From the NCBI GenBank assembly GCA_030765405.1, contig JAVCCP010000067.1:97051-161050 (forward strand): a stretch of 64,000 nucleotides of DNA, given 5' to 3'. The notes under the pieces were generated by a model. It had not been told where the DNA came from, did no database searches, and saw only the letters and a program-made list of their open reading frames with translations. This DNA comes from Candidatus Ancaeobacter aquaticus (lineage in GTDB: Bacteria; Auribacterota; Ancaeobacteria; Ancaeobacterales; Ancaeobacteraceae). How positions within the stretch are numbered: position 1 is the stretch's first letter; each line of letters starts with the position of its first letter. A program made the translations under genes and the position numbers. This document shows, piece after piece, positions 19,450-28,511 of this stretch.

Positions 19450-20535
19450 ATGAATAAAAAAATATCTCAAGAGAAGAAAAAACTTATGTGTGGAAATGAA
19501 GTGTTTGCAGAAGCAGCAGTTCAAGCTGGTTGTAAATACTATTTCGGATACCCGATAACTCCACAGAATGAAATCTCCGCATATTTATCAAAGAGACTTC
19601 CCGAAGTCGGGGGAGTATTTTTGCAGGCTGAAAGTGAACTCGCGTCTATTAGTATGGTACATGGAGCTGCTGCTGTAGGAGAACGTGTTTTAACCTCTTC
19701 ATCGAGTCCTGGAATGAGTCTTATGATGGAGGGTATCTCTTACCTTGCCGGGTCAGAACTTCCCGCAGTTATTGTAAATGTTATGCGTGGCGGACCAGGA
19801 CTAGGAAATATTGGTCCTGCACAATCAGATTATTTTCAGGCAGTTAAGGGCGGAGGGCATGGAGATTATCGATGTATCGTCTTGGCGCCACATACGGTAC
19901 AGGAGGTAGCTCATCTGACGTTTCATGCATTTGATTTAGCGGACATATACCGTATGCCGGTGATTCTTCTTGCCGACGGTGTTTTAGGGCAGATGATGGA
20001 ACCGGTGAGCATAGAAAAAGAAAAGAAGAACACTCTGCCTGATAAGACATGGTCTCTGACAGGATGTAAAAATAGAAACCCCAATGTAGTTAAGTCTCTC
20101 TATCTAGGGGAGAAAGTGTTATATAACCATAATTGTAAATTACAAGACCGATATAAGAAAATAGAAGGCAGTGAAGTGATGTGCCAGACTTATAATGTCA
20201 GCGATGCACACTTGATATTAGTAGCCTATGGTATTTCTGCACGATTATGTAAATCTGCAATGAATGACTTAAGAAAAAAAGGTTTAAAAGTTGGACTTAT
20301 TAGACCCATTACTTTATGGCCATTTCCATACGCATTATGCGAAAAGTATGCAGGAAAAAATAAAGTATTTCTTACCGTTGAAATGAGTTTTGGGCAAATG
20401 ATAGAGGATGTTCGCTTGGGAGTAAACGGTAAGAGTGAAGTATGTTTTTATGGTCGCGGTGGCGGGGATATGTTGACTAAGCAAGAGATAGTAAAGGAAA
20501 TTACACAACTCTATAAAAAGAAATTTCATTCATAA
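19450..20535 (+). CDS. 2-oxoacid:ferredoxin oxidoreductase alpha subunit
   Basis: POR/KOR alpha N-terminal domain (GNEVFAEAAVQAGCKYYFGYPITPQNEI). Substrate specificity (pyruvate, 2-oxoglutarate or branched-chain) is not assignable from sequence. Confidence 0.8.
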   Translation: MNKKISQEKKKLMCGNEVFAEAAVQAGCKYYFGYPITPQNEISAYLSKRLPEVGGVFLQAESELASISMVHGAAAVGERVLTSSSSPGMSLMMEGISYLAGSELPAVIVNVMRGGPGLGNIGPAQSDYFQAVKGGGHGDYRCIVLAPHTVQEVAHLTFHAFDLADIYRMPVILLADGVLGQMMEPVSIEKEKKNTLPDKTWSLTGCKNRNPNVVKSLYLGEKVLYNHNCKLQDRYKKIEGSEVMCQTYNVSDAHLILVAYGISARLCKSAMNDLRKKGLKVGLIRPITLWPFPYALCEKYAGKNKVFLTVEMSFGQMIEDVRLGVNGKSEVCFYGRGGGDMLTKQEIVKEITQLYKKKFHS

Positions 20536-20540
20536 ATAGT

Positions 20541-21299
20541 GTGTTTGGGGAGTATTTCTTGAAAAAGGTATTTGGAAGAACTAAAAGTTTAAAAGATGCT
20601 CACACTCACTATTGTGGCGGTTGTGGTCATGGTATTGCGCATCGAATTCTCTGTGAAGTAATAGATGAACTTAATATCAGAGAAAAAACAATTGGCATTG
20701 CGCCTGTTGGGTGTGCAGTTTTGGGATATGATTACTGGAATTTTGATGTGTGTGAAGCTGCACATGGAAGAACACCGGCTGTTGCAACGGGCATAAAAAG
20801 AGCTCGACCTGATTCTATAGTGTTTAGTTATCAGGGAGATGGAGACCTTGCTGCTATTGGTACTGCAGAAATAGTTCACGCGGCGAATCGTGGAGAGAAT
20901 ATAACGGTTATCTTTGTCAATAATACGGTATATGGGATGACCGGCGGACAGATGGCTCCAACGACACTCGTTAATCAAACGACATTGACCACTCCCCAAG
21001 GAAGATCATACGAAGAATATGGGGCGCCACTTAAAATTTGTGAGCTTTTATCGCAGTTATCCGGAGTTGCTTATGCCATACGTGTTTCTCTTCACGCGCC
21101 AACAGAGATAATAAAAGCAAAAAAAGCAATTCAAAAAGCATTTCAAACACAAATTGATAAGCAGGGTTTTTCAATCGTTGAGATTGTTTCGCAGTGTCCA
21201 ACATATTGGGGTCTTGACCCCATACGATCAATTGATTATGTGAAAGACGTATTGCTTCCATATTTTTCATTAGGTGTATACAAAGACAAAACAAAATAG
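20541..21299 (+). CDS. 2-oxoacid:ferredoxin oxidoreductase beta subunit (TPP-binding)
   Basis: CGGCGHG Cys motif and GDGD TPP motif. The start is ambiguous: GTG at 20541 or TTG at 20559 after GGGGAG. Confidence 0.8.
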   Translation: MFGEYFLKKVFGRTKSLKDAHTHYCGGCGHGIAHRILCEVIDELNIREKTIGIAPVGCAVLGYDYWNFDVCEAAHGRTPAVATGIKRARPDSIVFSYQGDGDLAAIGTAEIVHAANRGENITVIFVNNTVYGMTGGQMAPTTLVNQTTLTTPQGRSYEEYGAPLKICELLSQLSGVAYAIRVSLHAPTEIIKAKKAIQKAFQTQIDKQGFSIVEIVSQCPTYWGLDPIRSIDYVKDVLLPYFSLGVYKDKTK

Positions 21300-21331
21300 A
21301 TGTGCACGATTACGATTCGAGGAAAAGTAAT

Positions 21332-21871
21332 ATGATTCGAAAAATTATCATATCAGGATCTGGTGGGCAGGGTATACTTCTTGCGGGAAAAGTTCTTGCT
21401 GATGCGGCTATAAAAGAAGGCAAGGAAGTAACATATATGCCTTCATACGGAGCGGAAGTAAGAGGTGGTACCGCGAATGTTAATGTTATTATATCCGATG
21501 AGGAAATCGCATCGCCAGTGGTTTTAGTGCCAGATACGGTACTTGTCTTTAATGCTCCATCAAAAGACAAGTTTGAAGGGCTTGTGAAAACGGGCGGTCT
21601 TATGGTAGTGAACGATTCAATTGTTACGAAAAAAGAAAAACGTACAGATATAGATTACCTTTTTATTAGTGCAACTGACATTGCCCAAACTCATGGGTCT
21701 ATAAAATCAGCGAACATGGTCATGTTAGGTGCCTACTCTGGAAAGACAAATGTCATTTCAATTAAATCTCTTATTGCATCGTTTAATGAAATGTTTGGCC
21801 ATAAGAAAGAAGAATTGAGAAAGATTAATGAAATAGCAATTCGTGAAGGATGGACAAGAGGAAATGGGTAA
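21332..21871 (+). CDS. 2-oxoacid:ferredoxin oxidoreductase gamma subunit
   Basis: MIRKIIISGSGGQGILLAGKVLA is canonical. ATG at 21332 follows GAGGAAAAG. The ORF-track start at 21302 is likely too long. Confidence 0.8.
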   Translation: MIRKIIISGSGGQGILLAGKVLADAAIKEGKEVTYMPSYGAEVRGGTANVNVIISDEEIASPVVLVPDTVLVFNAPSKDKFEGLVKTGGLMVVNDSIVTKKEKRTDIDYLFISATDIAQTHGSIKSANMVMLGAYSGKTNVISIKSLIASFNEMFGHKKEELRKINEIAIREGWTRGNG

Positions 21872-23189
21872 TATTAGAACGAGATTTGCACCGAGTCCCA
21901 CCGGATATTTGCATATCGGGGGGGTACGTACCGCGCTATTTAACTGGTTATATGCACGACACAATAACGGTACATACGTTTTAAGGATTGAAGATACGGA
22001 TCGTGCCAGATCAAGTGAAGAGGCAGTAACTACTATTTTAGAAAGTCTTCAGTGGCTAGGACTTGATTGGGATGAAGGTCCTTTTTTTCAGTCTGAACGT
22101 CTTCCTATATACTCTCGGTATGCTGAACAATTATTGAAAGAAGAAAAAGCATATTATTCAGAGACGGATGAGCAAGGTAGACGCGCACTCATATTTAGAA
22201 TACCTCACGAGACAGTTGTCTTAAAAGATCTTATATATGGGAACATAGAATTTGATAATGCGCTTATAAAAGATCTTGTCATTATAAAATCTGATGGCAT
22301 GCCGACCTACAATTTTGCCTGCACGATTGACGATGCTCTCATGAATATAACACATATCATTCGCGGAGATGATCATATTTCCAATACTCCCAAACAAATA
22401 CCTCTTTATGAAGCGCTTGGTTTTGATTTGCCACACTATGCTCATGTCCCAATGATTTTGGGGGAAGATAAAGCGCGCTTATCAAAACGTCATGGAGCGA
22501 CATCTGTTACCTATTATAAAGATGAAGGCTATCTGCGAGAAGCATTGAATAACTATTTGCTGCTTTTAGGGTGGTCACCAGGGGATGATCGCGAGATATT
22601 TTCTGGTGAAGAAATGATAAGAGAGTTTACCTTAGATAAAGTGAGTAAAAAAAGCGCGGTGTTTTCAATTGATAAGCTTTCGTGGATGAATGGCATGTAT
22701 ATTCGCAAAGAGGATAGGCAGATTCTATATGATAGGGTACATACGTATTTAATAGCAAAGGGCGCGATTACCGATAAATACGATAAAAATACATTAAACA
22801 CGATAATAGATTTATTTAAAGATCGTGTGAAAGTTATCAATGATTTTTTTGATATGGGTGATTTCTTCTTTGTGGGTAAAATTGATTATTCAGAAGAACT
22901 CTGCAGTAAATTTATTATGAAAGATGGTATAATTAACGCATTAGAAATTGTACGTGACAGAATTAATGAACTATCAAACTTTGACGAAAATTCGATTGAA
23001 GAATTATGTCGGACAATTAATGAAGAATGCGGATTAAAGACTAAACATTTTTTTCAATCAATTCGAATAGCATTAACAGGTAAAACAGTGAGCCCAGGTT
23101 TATTTGAAACAATGGTGGTATTAGGGAAGGACACGGTTTTACAAAGGTTGGAGAATCTACTTAATGTATGTAATGAATCTTGCAAATAG
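21864..23189 (+). CDS. gltX: Glutamyl-tRNA synthetase
   Basis: HIGH motif (HIGG) and KLSKR motif. ATG at 21864 follows AAGAGGAA. The ATGGGTAA overlap covers the gamma-subunit stop. Confidence 0.9.
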   Translation: MGNIRTRFAPSPTGYLHIGGVRTALFNWLYARHNNGTYVLRIEDTDRARSSEEAVTTILESLQWLGLDWDEGPFFQSERLPIYSRYAEQLLKEEKAYYSETDEQGRRALIFRIPHETVVLKDLIYGNIEFDNALIKDLVIIKSDGMPTYNFACTIDDALMNITHIIRGDDHISNTPKQIPLYEALGFDLPHYAHVPMILGEDKARLSKRHGATSVTYYKDEGYLREALNNYLLLLGWSPGDDREIFSGEEMIREFTLDKVSKKSAVFSIDKLSWMNGMYIRKEDRQILYDRVHTYLIAKGAITDKYDKNTLNTIIDLFKDRVKVINDFFDMGDFFFVGKIDYSEELCSKFIMKDGIINALEIVRDRINELSNFDENSIEELCRTINEECGLKTKHFFQSIRIALTGKTVSPGLFETMVVLGKDTVLQRLENLLNVCNESCK

Positions 23190-23754
23190 AATAACCATTC
23201 TAAGAATTATCTTGATTCCGGTATTCATCGGACTGATACTCAAATTTAGGCAGATGCCGAGTGGTACGGGTGAAGCATATTGGATGCTTGCGGTAAGTGT
23301 ATTTTTTTTGGCTGTTGTTTCTGATGCAGTTGATGGATATATTGCCCGTGCATATAAACAACAAACAAAGTTAGGCACCTATTTAGATCCTATTGCAGAC
23401 AAATTTTTGCTTGTCAGCACAGTTATTGTTTTCAGTATTCCATCAGAGCACTTTGTGACGTTGCCGCTCTGGATTATTACCTCAGTTATTAGTCGTGATA
23501 TAATAATTGTGATGGGATCACTGATTATATATCTAATGACAGGGACTTTGAGGGTAGAGCCGAGTTTTCTTGGTAAAATGACAACTTTTTTTCAAATGAC
23601 TATGATTATATGGATACTCTTTATGTTTCCTCATCCTGAATATATCTGGAGGTTTGCAGGAGGATTTACAATAGTTTCAGGGTTGGGATACATTTATTCG
23701 GGGAGTAAGCAGTTTAATGGAAGTCAATCACACAATAACGAACATGCGAAGTGA
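23173..23754 (+). CDS. pgsA: CDP-diacylglycerol--glycerol-3-phosphate 3-phosphatidyltransferase
   Basis: CDP-alcohol phosphatidyltransferase motif DAVDGYIAR...G...DPIADK. MNLANRITILRIILIP start. Overlaps the gltX 3' end. Confidence 0.8.
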   Translation: MNLANRITILRIILIPVFIGLILKFRQMPSGTGEAYWMLAVSVFFLAVVSDAVDGYIARAYKQQTKLGTYLDPIADKFLLVSTVIVFSIPSEHFVTLPLWIITSVISRDIIIVMGSLIIYLMTGTLRVEPSFLGKMTTFFQMTMIIWILFMFPHPEYIWRFAGGFTIVSGLGYIYSGSKQFNGSQSHNNEHAK

Positions 23755-23784
23755 TAGAGTTTTTTTATATCTGAAAGGTAAACA

Positions 23785-24513
23785 GTGAGACTAAAAGCTC
23801 GAGCGAAAAGTGAAAGCGGAGGAACAGGGAAGCTTCAGAGCAAAAGAGATATTTATAAATTTATCAAGTTTGTAATAGGTATCATACTTATTCCTGCATG
23901 TATTGGCGCTACGATAGCATTTTATAAACTGTTTTTTATCAGGGGAGACCTCGTAAAAAATCAATATTGGTTTATTGTTGGATTTGTTGTGTATGTCATC
24001 ATCTATAGCATATTGCAGAATCCTATCAAAACATATGTATATGGCCATGAATTATCTCATGTATTATGGACGTGGTTATTTAAAGGTAAAGTAAAAGACT
24101 TTTCTGCAACAGTTGATGGCGGCAGTGTAACAGTAACAAAATCAAATTTTTTAATTGCACTTGCACCGTATTTCTTTTCGTTTTATACATTTCTTGCAGT
24201 ATTGGTGTATCTTGTAATTATTTCTTTCTGGCGAATAGGACACCTAGGTAATGATATATTTCACTTTATATTGGGATTTAGCTGGGCATTTCATTTTGTT
24301 CTGACAATATATGTCATTCTTAAGGAGCAGGATGATATAAAAGAGAATGGCGCCCTATTCTCTATTTTCTTTATCTATCTCGCAAACATTGCATTTCTTG
24401 GTTTCTTATTTGTCTATTTATCAGAGGTTGTTACGTTAGAGGAGTTTATAGCGGGAATGACTAAACAGATAAAGAATCAATATTTGTATATCTTTAAGCT
24501 TGGCAGGGTATAA
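23785..24513 (+). CDS. Polytopic membrane protein with an HExxH motif (YGHELSHVLW); DUF3267-like putative zincin peptidase
   Basis: Five to six TM helices. A single HELSH lies after the second helix. The family assignment is from memory; the start codon is uncertain. Confidence 0.5.
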   Translation: MRLKARAKSESGGTGKLQSKRDIYKFIKFVIGIILIPACIGATIAFYKLFFIRGDLVKNQYWFIVGFVVYVIIYSILQNPIKTYVYGHELSHVLWTWLFKGKVKDFSATVDGGSVTVTKSNFLIALAPYFFSFYTFLAVLVYLVIISFWRIGHLGNDIFHFILGFSWAFHFVLTIYVILKEQDDIKENGALFSIFFIYLANIAFLGFLFVYLSEVVTLEEFIAGMTKQIKNQYLYIFKLGRV

Positions 24514-24892
24514 ACACCGTATTATTCCACAAAAAAAGTCCCCGTAAATGCCGTCTCTGGGAAGTCTTGTGAGTCGATCGGTTAACGTGGATCCTTGTCA
24601 AATTATTAAATATCTAATAATCCGAACACCAGTCTCCCATAAAAATTTGTTGGCTCACTAACACTAACCAAAATAACGAACACAACAGGGACATATCTTT
24701 CCTTTCAGCTTACATCTACAGTATAGTGGATGTACTGAAATTTGTCAATAGTAAATAGGAAAAATCTGTAATGGGTCAGTAACGAGGGGGACTAAGAGAG
24801 AAAGAATTAATACCATTTGAAATGTCTCAGTAATTGAAGGTGGATACATATCTCCATGTTTGATATTGTAATAGTTATATAGTTATGAGAAC

Positions 24893-24917
24893 ATAAATAT
24901 GTACTGTACATATTTAT
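24893..24917. promoter_or_regulatory. 25-nt perfect palindrome ATAAATATGTAC-T-GTACATATTTAT ending 4 nt before the yjbQ RBS. Candidate operator.
   Basis: The 12-bp arms are exact reverse complements. It sits between a putative promoter (TTGATA at 24860) and AGGAGG at 24920. Confidence 0.5.
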
Positions 24918-24929
24918 ATAGGAGGTTTT

Positions 24930-25346
24930 ATGAAGACTTATAGGCAAGAATTGTATTTTACTACTAAGAAACGGTATGAATTTCTTAATATTACATCTCA
25001 TGTTGAGGAGGCATTGGCAAAGAGTGACGTAAAAGAAGGGCTCTGCTTGGTTAACGCAATGCACATCACCGCAAGTGTATTTATTAACGATAATGAAAGA
25101 GGTCTCCATAACGATTTTATGTCATGGCTTGAAAAACTTGCTCCCTATGGTGTTGATAAATATCAGCATCATGGTACCGGTGAAGATAATGGCGATGCGC
25201 ATTTAAAACGTACGATAATGGGCAGAGAAGTGGTTGTTGCAATAACGAACGGAAGGCTCGACTTTGGCCCATGGGAACAGATTTTTTATGGTGAGTTTGA
25301 CGGTATGAGAAAAAAAAGAGTTTTAATTAAGATAATAGGAGAGTGA
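24930..25346 (+). CDS. yjbQ: YjbQ/UPF0047-family protein (secondary thiamine-phosphate synthase-like)
   Basis: 138 aa. ...[18 protein letters not shown]...[18 protein letters not shown] is the YjbQ signature. ATG follows AGGAGG. Confidence 0.75.
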   Translation: MKTYRQELYFTTKKRYEFLNITSHVEEALAKSDVKEGLCLVNAMHITASVFINDNERGLHNDFMSWLEKLAPYGVDKYQHHGTGEDNGDAHLKRTIMGREVVVAITNGRLDFGPWEQIFYGEFDGMRKKRVLIKIIGE

Positions 25347-25350
25347 TTTC

Positions 25351-25456
25351 AGCTATAAGCTGTAAGTTGTAAGCTGTAAGAAAAAACAATAAAACACTAA
25401 AACCAAGAATCTAACACCGTGAAACAGCTTTAAGCTGTAAGCTATATGCTGTAAGA
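25351..25456. repeat. Two tandem copies of a roughly 76-nt unit. Each unit carries 3-4 head-to-tail GCTRTAAG octamers followed by AAAA..AAAACCAAGA. A third copy is at 37199-37250.
   Basis: 25351-25380 is AGCTATAAGCTGTAAGTTGTAAGCTGTAAG. 25427-25456 is GCTTTAAGCTGTAAGCTATATGCTGTAAG. AAAACCAAGA occurs at 25399 and 25463. Confidence 0.65.
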
Positions 25457-25483
25457 AAATATAAAACCAAGAGCGTAAATAAA

Positions 25484-26890
25484 ATGCTATCAAAAGACAT
25501 AGTAAAACAACTTAAGAACATTGTTGGAAAAGACAATCTTTGTGATTCAATGGCTGATCGCATTTGCTATTCATACGATGCATCGAAGCAGAATTTCCTT
25601 CCTGATATCGTTGTTAAGCCCCAATCAACTCGTGAAGTATCAGATATCATGAAGGTTGCATACAGTGAGGAGCTTCCCGTGTATACAAGGGGAGCAGCTT
25701 CGGGTCTTACGGGGGGATCAGTCCCTCTTGAAGGCGGTATTGTACTTGATATGATGCGCATGAACAAGATATTGGAGTTAGATACAGATAATCTTATTGC
25801 GCGTGTTGAACCCGGTGTTGTGGTAAGTGACCTTCAAAATGTTGTAGCACAAGAAGGGTTATTTTATCCCCCTGATCCGGCAAGCAATGAATTTTCAACC
25901 ATTGGAGGAAACGTTGCTGAGTGTGCCGGAGGTCTCAGATGCCTAAAATATGGTGTTACCAGAGATTATGTTTTGGGGATGGAAGTTGTTCTGGCAAACG
26001 GAGACATAGTTAATTTTGGCGTTAAAACACTTAAGGGTGTAACAGGATATGATATAGTACGTTTACTTGTCGGCTCAGAAGGGACTCTCGGAGTATTTAC
26101 ACAAATAATCATTCGACTTATTCCTATCCCCGAAAGCGTAAAAACGTGTGTAGCGTTTTATGATGATATTATGAATGCCGCCCAGTCTGTTACCTCGATT
26201 ATAAAAAATAAAATTGTCCCGAGAACACTTGAATTTATGGATAAAAGAACAATTGAATGTGTTGAGAAATATAAAGAAACGAACATATCTGAAGGAAAAG
26301 CACAGGCATTACTGCTTATAGAAGTTGATGGCGTTACTTCAACTATCGAAAAAGAAATAGGCCAGATTCAAGAAGAATGTAAAAAACATGGTGCCTACAA
26401 AGTTCAGATAGCTCAAGATGATCAGGAGCGTGAATTGCTGTGGTCATTAAGAAAATCTGTCTCTCCGGCACTGTACCAGTTCAGCTCCGGAAAAATTAAT
26501 GAGGATATATGTGTTCCGCGCAGTGCTATCCCCAAAATGCTGGAGTCTATAGAAAAAATATCAAAAGCATATTCTGTAATTATAGTGAGTTTTGGTCATG
26601 CGGGAGATGGTAATATTCATTTGAATGTTATGGTAGATTTTGATGATGAAGACCAATTGAGGAGAGGTGAGGCTGCTGTTGAAGAGATATTTAAACGAAC
26701 TATTGAGCTTGAAGGGACGCTTTCAGGCGAACATGGTATTGGTAATACCAAGGCACAATTTTTACACCTTGAACTAGGACAAGAAGAAATTACTATCATG
26801 ATGAAAATAAAAGAGTTGTTTGATCCTAAAGGTATACTTAATCCGGGCAAGATATTTGACCCCTCAAAACAAAGGGTGTATAGAAAGTAA
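25484..26890 (+). CDS. FAD-linked oxidase (GlcD / D-lactate dehydrogenase family)
   Basis: FAD_binding_4 domain (RGAASGLTGGSVP...) plus FAD-oxidase C-terminal domain. Confidence 0.8.
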   Translation: MLSKDIVKQLKNIVGKDNLCDSMADRICYSYDASKQNFLPDIVVKPQSTREVSDIMKVAYSEELPVYTRGAASGLTGGSVPLEGGIVLDMMRMNKILELDTDNLIARVEPGVVVSDLQNVVAQEGLFYPPDPASNEFSTIGGNVAECAGGLRCLKYGVTRDYVLGMEVVLANGDIVNFGVKTLKGVTGYDIVRLLVGSEGTLGVFTQIIIRLIPIPESVKTCVAFYDDIMNAAQSVTSIIKNKIVPRTLEFMDKRTIECVEKYKETNISEGKAQALLLIEVDGVTSTIEKEIGQIQEECKKHGAYKVQIAQDDQERELLWSLRKSVSPALYQFSSGKINEDICVPRSAIPKMLESIEKISKAYSVIIVSFGHAGDGNIHLNVMVDFDDEDQLRRGEAAVEEIFKRTIELEGTLSGEHGIGNTKAQFLHLELGQEEITIMMKIKELFDPKGILNPGKIFDPSKQRVYRK

Positions 26891-26934
26891 CACATATCGA
26901 GATAATGTATGCATGTGTGTGATAATATGAAGTT

Positions 26935-28203
26935 ATGAGTAAAAAGAAAGATTTAAAAAAACAGTATAAGGCTCTATGGGAAACGGAAGTATCTAAATGC
27001 TCTAAATGCGGTAAATGCCGTTCTTTTTGTCCGGTTTTTATGCAAACACGAGATGAGAAGTTAGGCACTCGTGGTCGAATTAGTCTCGCAGGCGCATTAA
27101 TTTCTAACCAGATTGACCTTTCTCCGGAAGTACTCAAAAGCATGTCCACCTGTATGCGATGTTTGAGATGTTCTAGTGAATGTCCATCAAAAGTTGATTT
27201 TGATAAGCTTATAAGGGGTGTTCGCGGAATGCTTGGCAAAGAAGTCCCTTGCTATAAAGTAAAGAAACATACTATAGGGTTTGTTTTAAAAAACAGGTGG
27301 GTTCTTGATCTGATGATGCGTATAGGGTATTTTCTGCAAAAAGCGAGACCTAATGCTTCTATACAGTGGATAAAAAAAATACCGTTCTTTTATCGTGGTT
27401 TGGCAACTTCTCCTGTTATATCAAAAAGATCAGCTTTGCAATTATATGCCGGAAAGCACACGGTGAAAAATCCGCGATACCGTGTGATGTTATTTGTTGG
27501 GTGTGTCGTAAATTATCTTTATCCTGAGGTAATACGCGCAACGATAGATGTTCTTAATCACTATGGTGTAGATGTTCTTATATCAAAAAATGAATTGTGT
27601 TGTGGCATCCCAGCGATTTCGGATGGCGACGAGGAAACAGCAACGTATCTAGCAAAGAACAATATATCAGCAATCAAGGATGATACTGTTGATTATATTG
27701 TTTCAACATGTGGAACCTGTACAGGTACATTTGTACGAGACTATGAAGAATTAGCAGGTGATAACGCTAAAGAATATGCTCGCCGGTGCGTTGATATTAC
27801 ATATTTCTTGTCAGATATATTGCATGTTGAAGTACCTAAAATTAACTTGAAAACAACGTATCATGATCCTTGTCATTTAAAGTATGGTTTGAATATTAGC
27901 TCTCAACCAAGAGATCTGTTGAAAATGTCATCGGAGTACTGTGAAATGGAAAATGCAGATAAATGCTGTGGAATGGCAGGAACTTTTGGTATAATGAACG
28001 CTGCTGTATCAAAAGATATATTTAAGGAGAAGGCTGATGCAGTGCAAAAATCGAAAGCTGAGGTTGTTGTTACTGCCTGCCCGAGTTGTGTAATGCAATT
28101 GAAAGGGCAGTTAGCTGATTACGGGATTAATTGTGAAGTGATACATATAATACAACTTTTACAAAGGAGCATTGAACAAGATGGAAACAAATCGAATTCC
28201 TAA
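26935..28203 (+). CDS. Fe-S subunit (GlcF/LutA-like) with two 4Fe-4S CxxCxxCxxxCP motifs and two CCG cysteine-rich domains
   Basis: CSKCGKCRSFCP and CMRCLRCSSECP motifs, then two CCG-type Cys clusters. Partner of the preceding FAD oxidase. Confidence 0.75.
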   Translation: MSKKKDLKKQYKALWETEVSKCSKCGKCRSFCPVFMQTRDEKLGTRGRISLAGALISNQIDLSPEVLKSMSTCMRCLRCSSECPSKVDFDKLIRGVRGMLGKEVPCYKVKKHTIGFVLKNRWVLDLMMRIGYFLQKARPNASIQWIKKIPFFYRGLATSPVISKRSALQLYAGKHTVKNPRYRVMLFVGCVVNYLYPEVIRATIDVLNHYGVDVLISKNELCCGIPAISDGDEETATYLAKNNISAIKDDTVDYIVSTCGTCTGTFVRDYEELAGDNAKEYARRCVDITYFLSDILHVEVPKINLKTTYHDPCHLKYGLNISSQPRDLLKMSSEYCEMENADKCCGMAGTFGIMNAAVSKDIFKEKADAVQKSKAEVVVTACPSCVMQLKGQLADYGINCEVIHIIQLLQRSIEQDGNKSNS

Positions 28204-28465
28204 GAATACATGGAGACAAAAAATTAAAAGAACTCTTACCAGTATATTGCCGGTAGACGATAATCGTGTCGGAGAATGTAAAAGATGCGGGTCGTGCTGT
28301 TCTTTACCTAATGAATGCCCGTTTCTTCGTTTTGAAGATGAAAAGAACAGGATAAATTCTTATTGCGCTATTTACCCGATTAGACCGCTTAACTGCAGAA
28401 AATATCCGAGAGTACATAATGAGCAGGTTCTTCAGGTATGTGGATATACGTTTAATAATAATTAG
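28181..28465 (+). CDS. YkgJ-family CxxCxxCC zinc/iron-chelating domain protein
   Basis: CKRCGSCCS...C motif. Overlaps the preceding gene's 3' end. Confidence 0.6.
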   Translation: METNRIPKNTWRQKIKRTLTSILPVDDNRVGECKRCGSCCSLPNECPFLRFEDEKNRINSYCAIYPIRPLNCRKYPRVHNEQVLQVCGYTFNNN

Positions 28466-28511
28466 AGATTAGTCGTATTCTTGTTTCTCAACCCCGTAGC
28501 AGGTGAGATGA

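Noticed and set aside
24514-24800. RNase P RNA / tmRNA / SRP RNA in the GC-richer spacer
   Set aside because: No GGAAAGTCCGG, no tRNA-like 3' end with CCA (only AGGTGGA), and no SRP domain IV CCGGAAGGAAGCAGCC motif on either strand.
24770-24860. Possible TPP riboswitch ahead of yjbQ (GGGGGACTAAGAGAG...ATACC...)
   Set aside because: It has only loose resemblance to GGGGUGC / CUGAGA / ACCUGAUCUGGAUAAUGCCAGCG. The CUGAGA and pyrophosphate-sensor helix consensus are not met.
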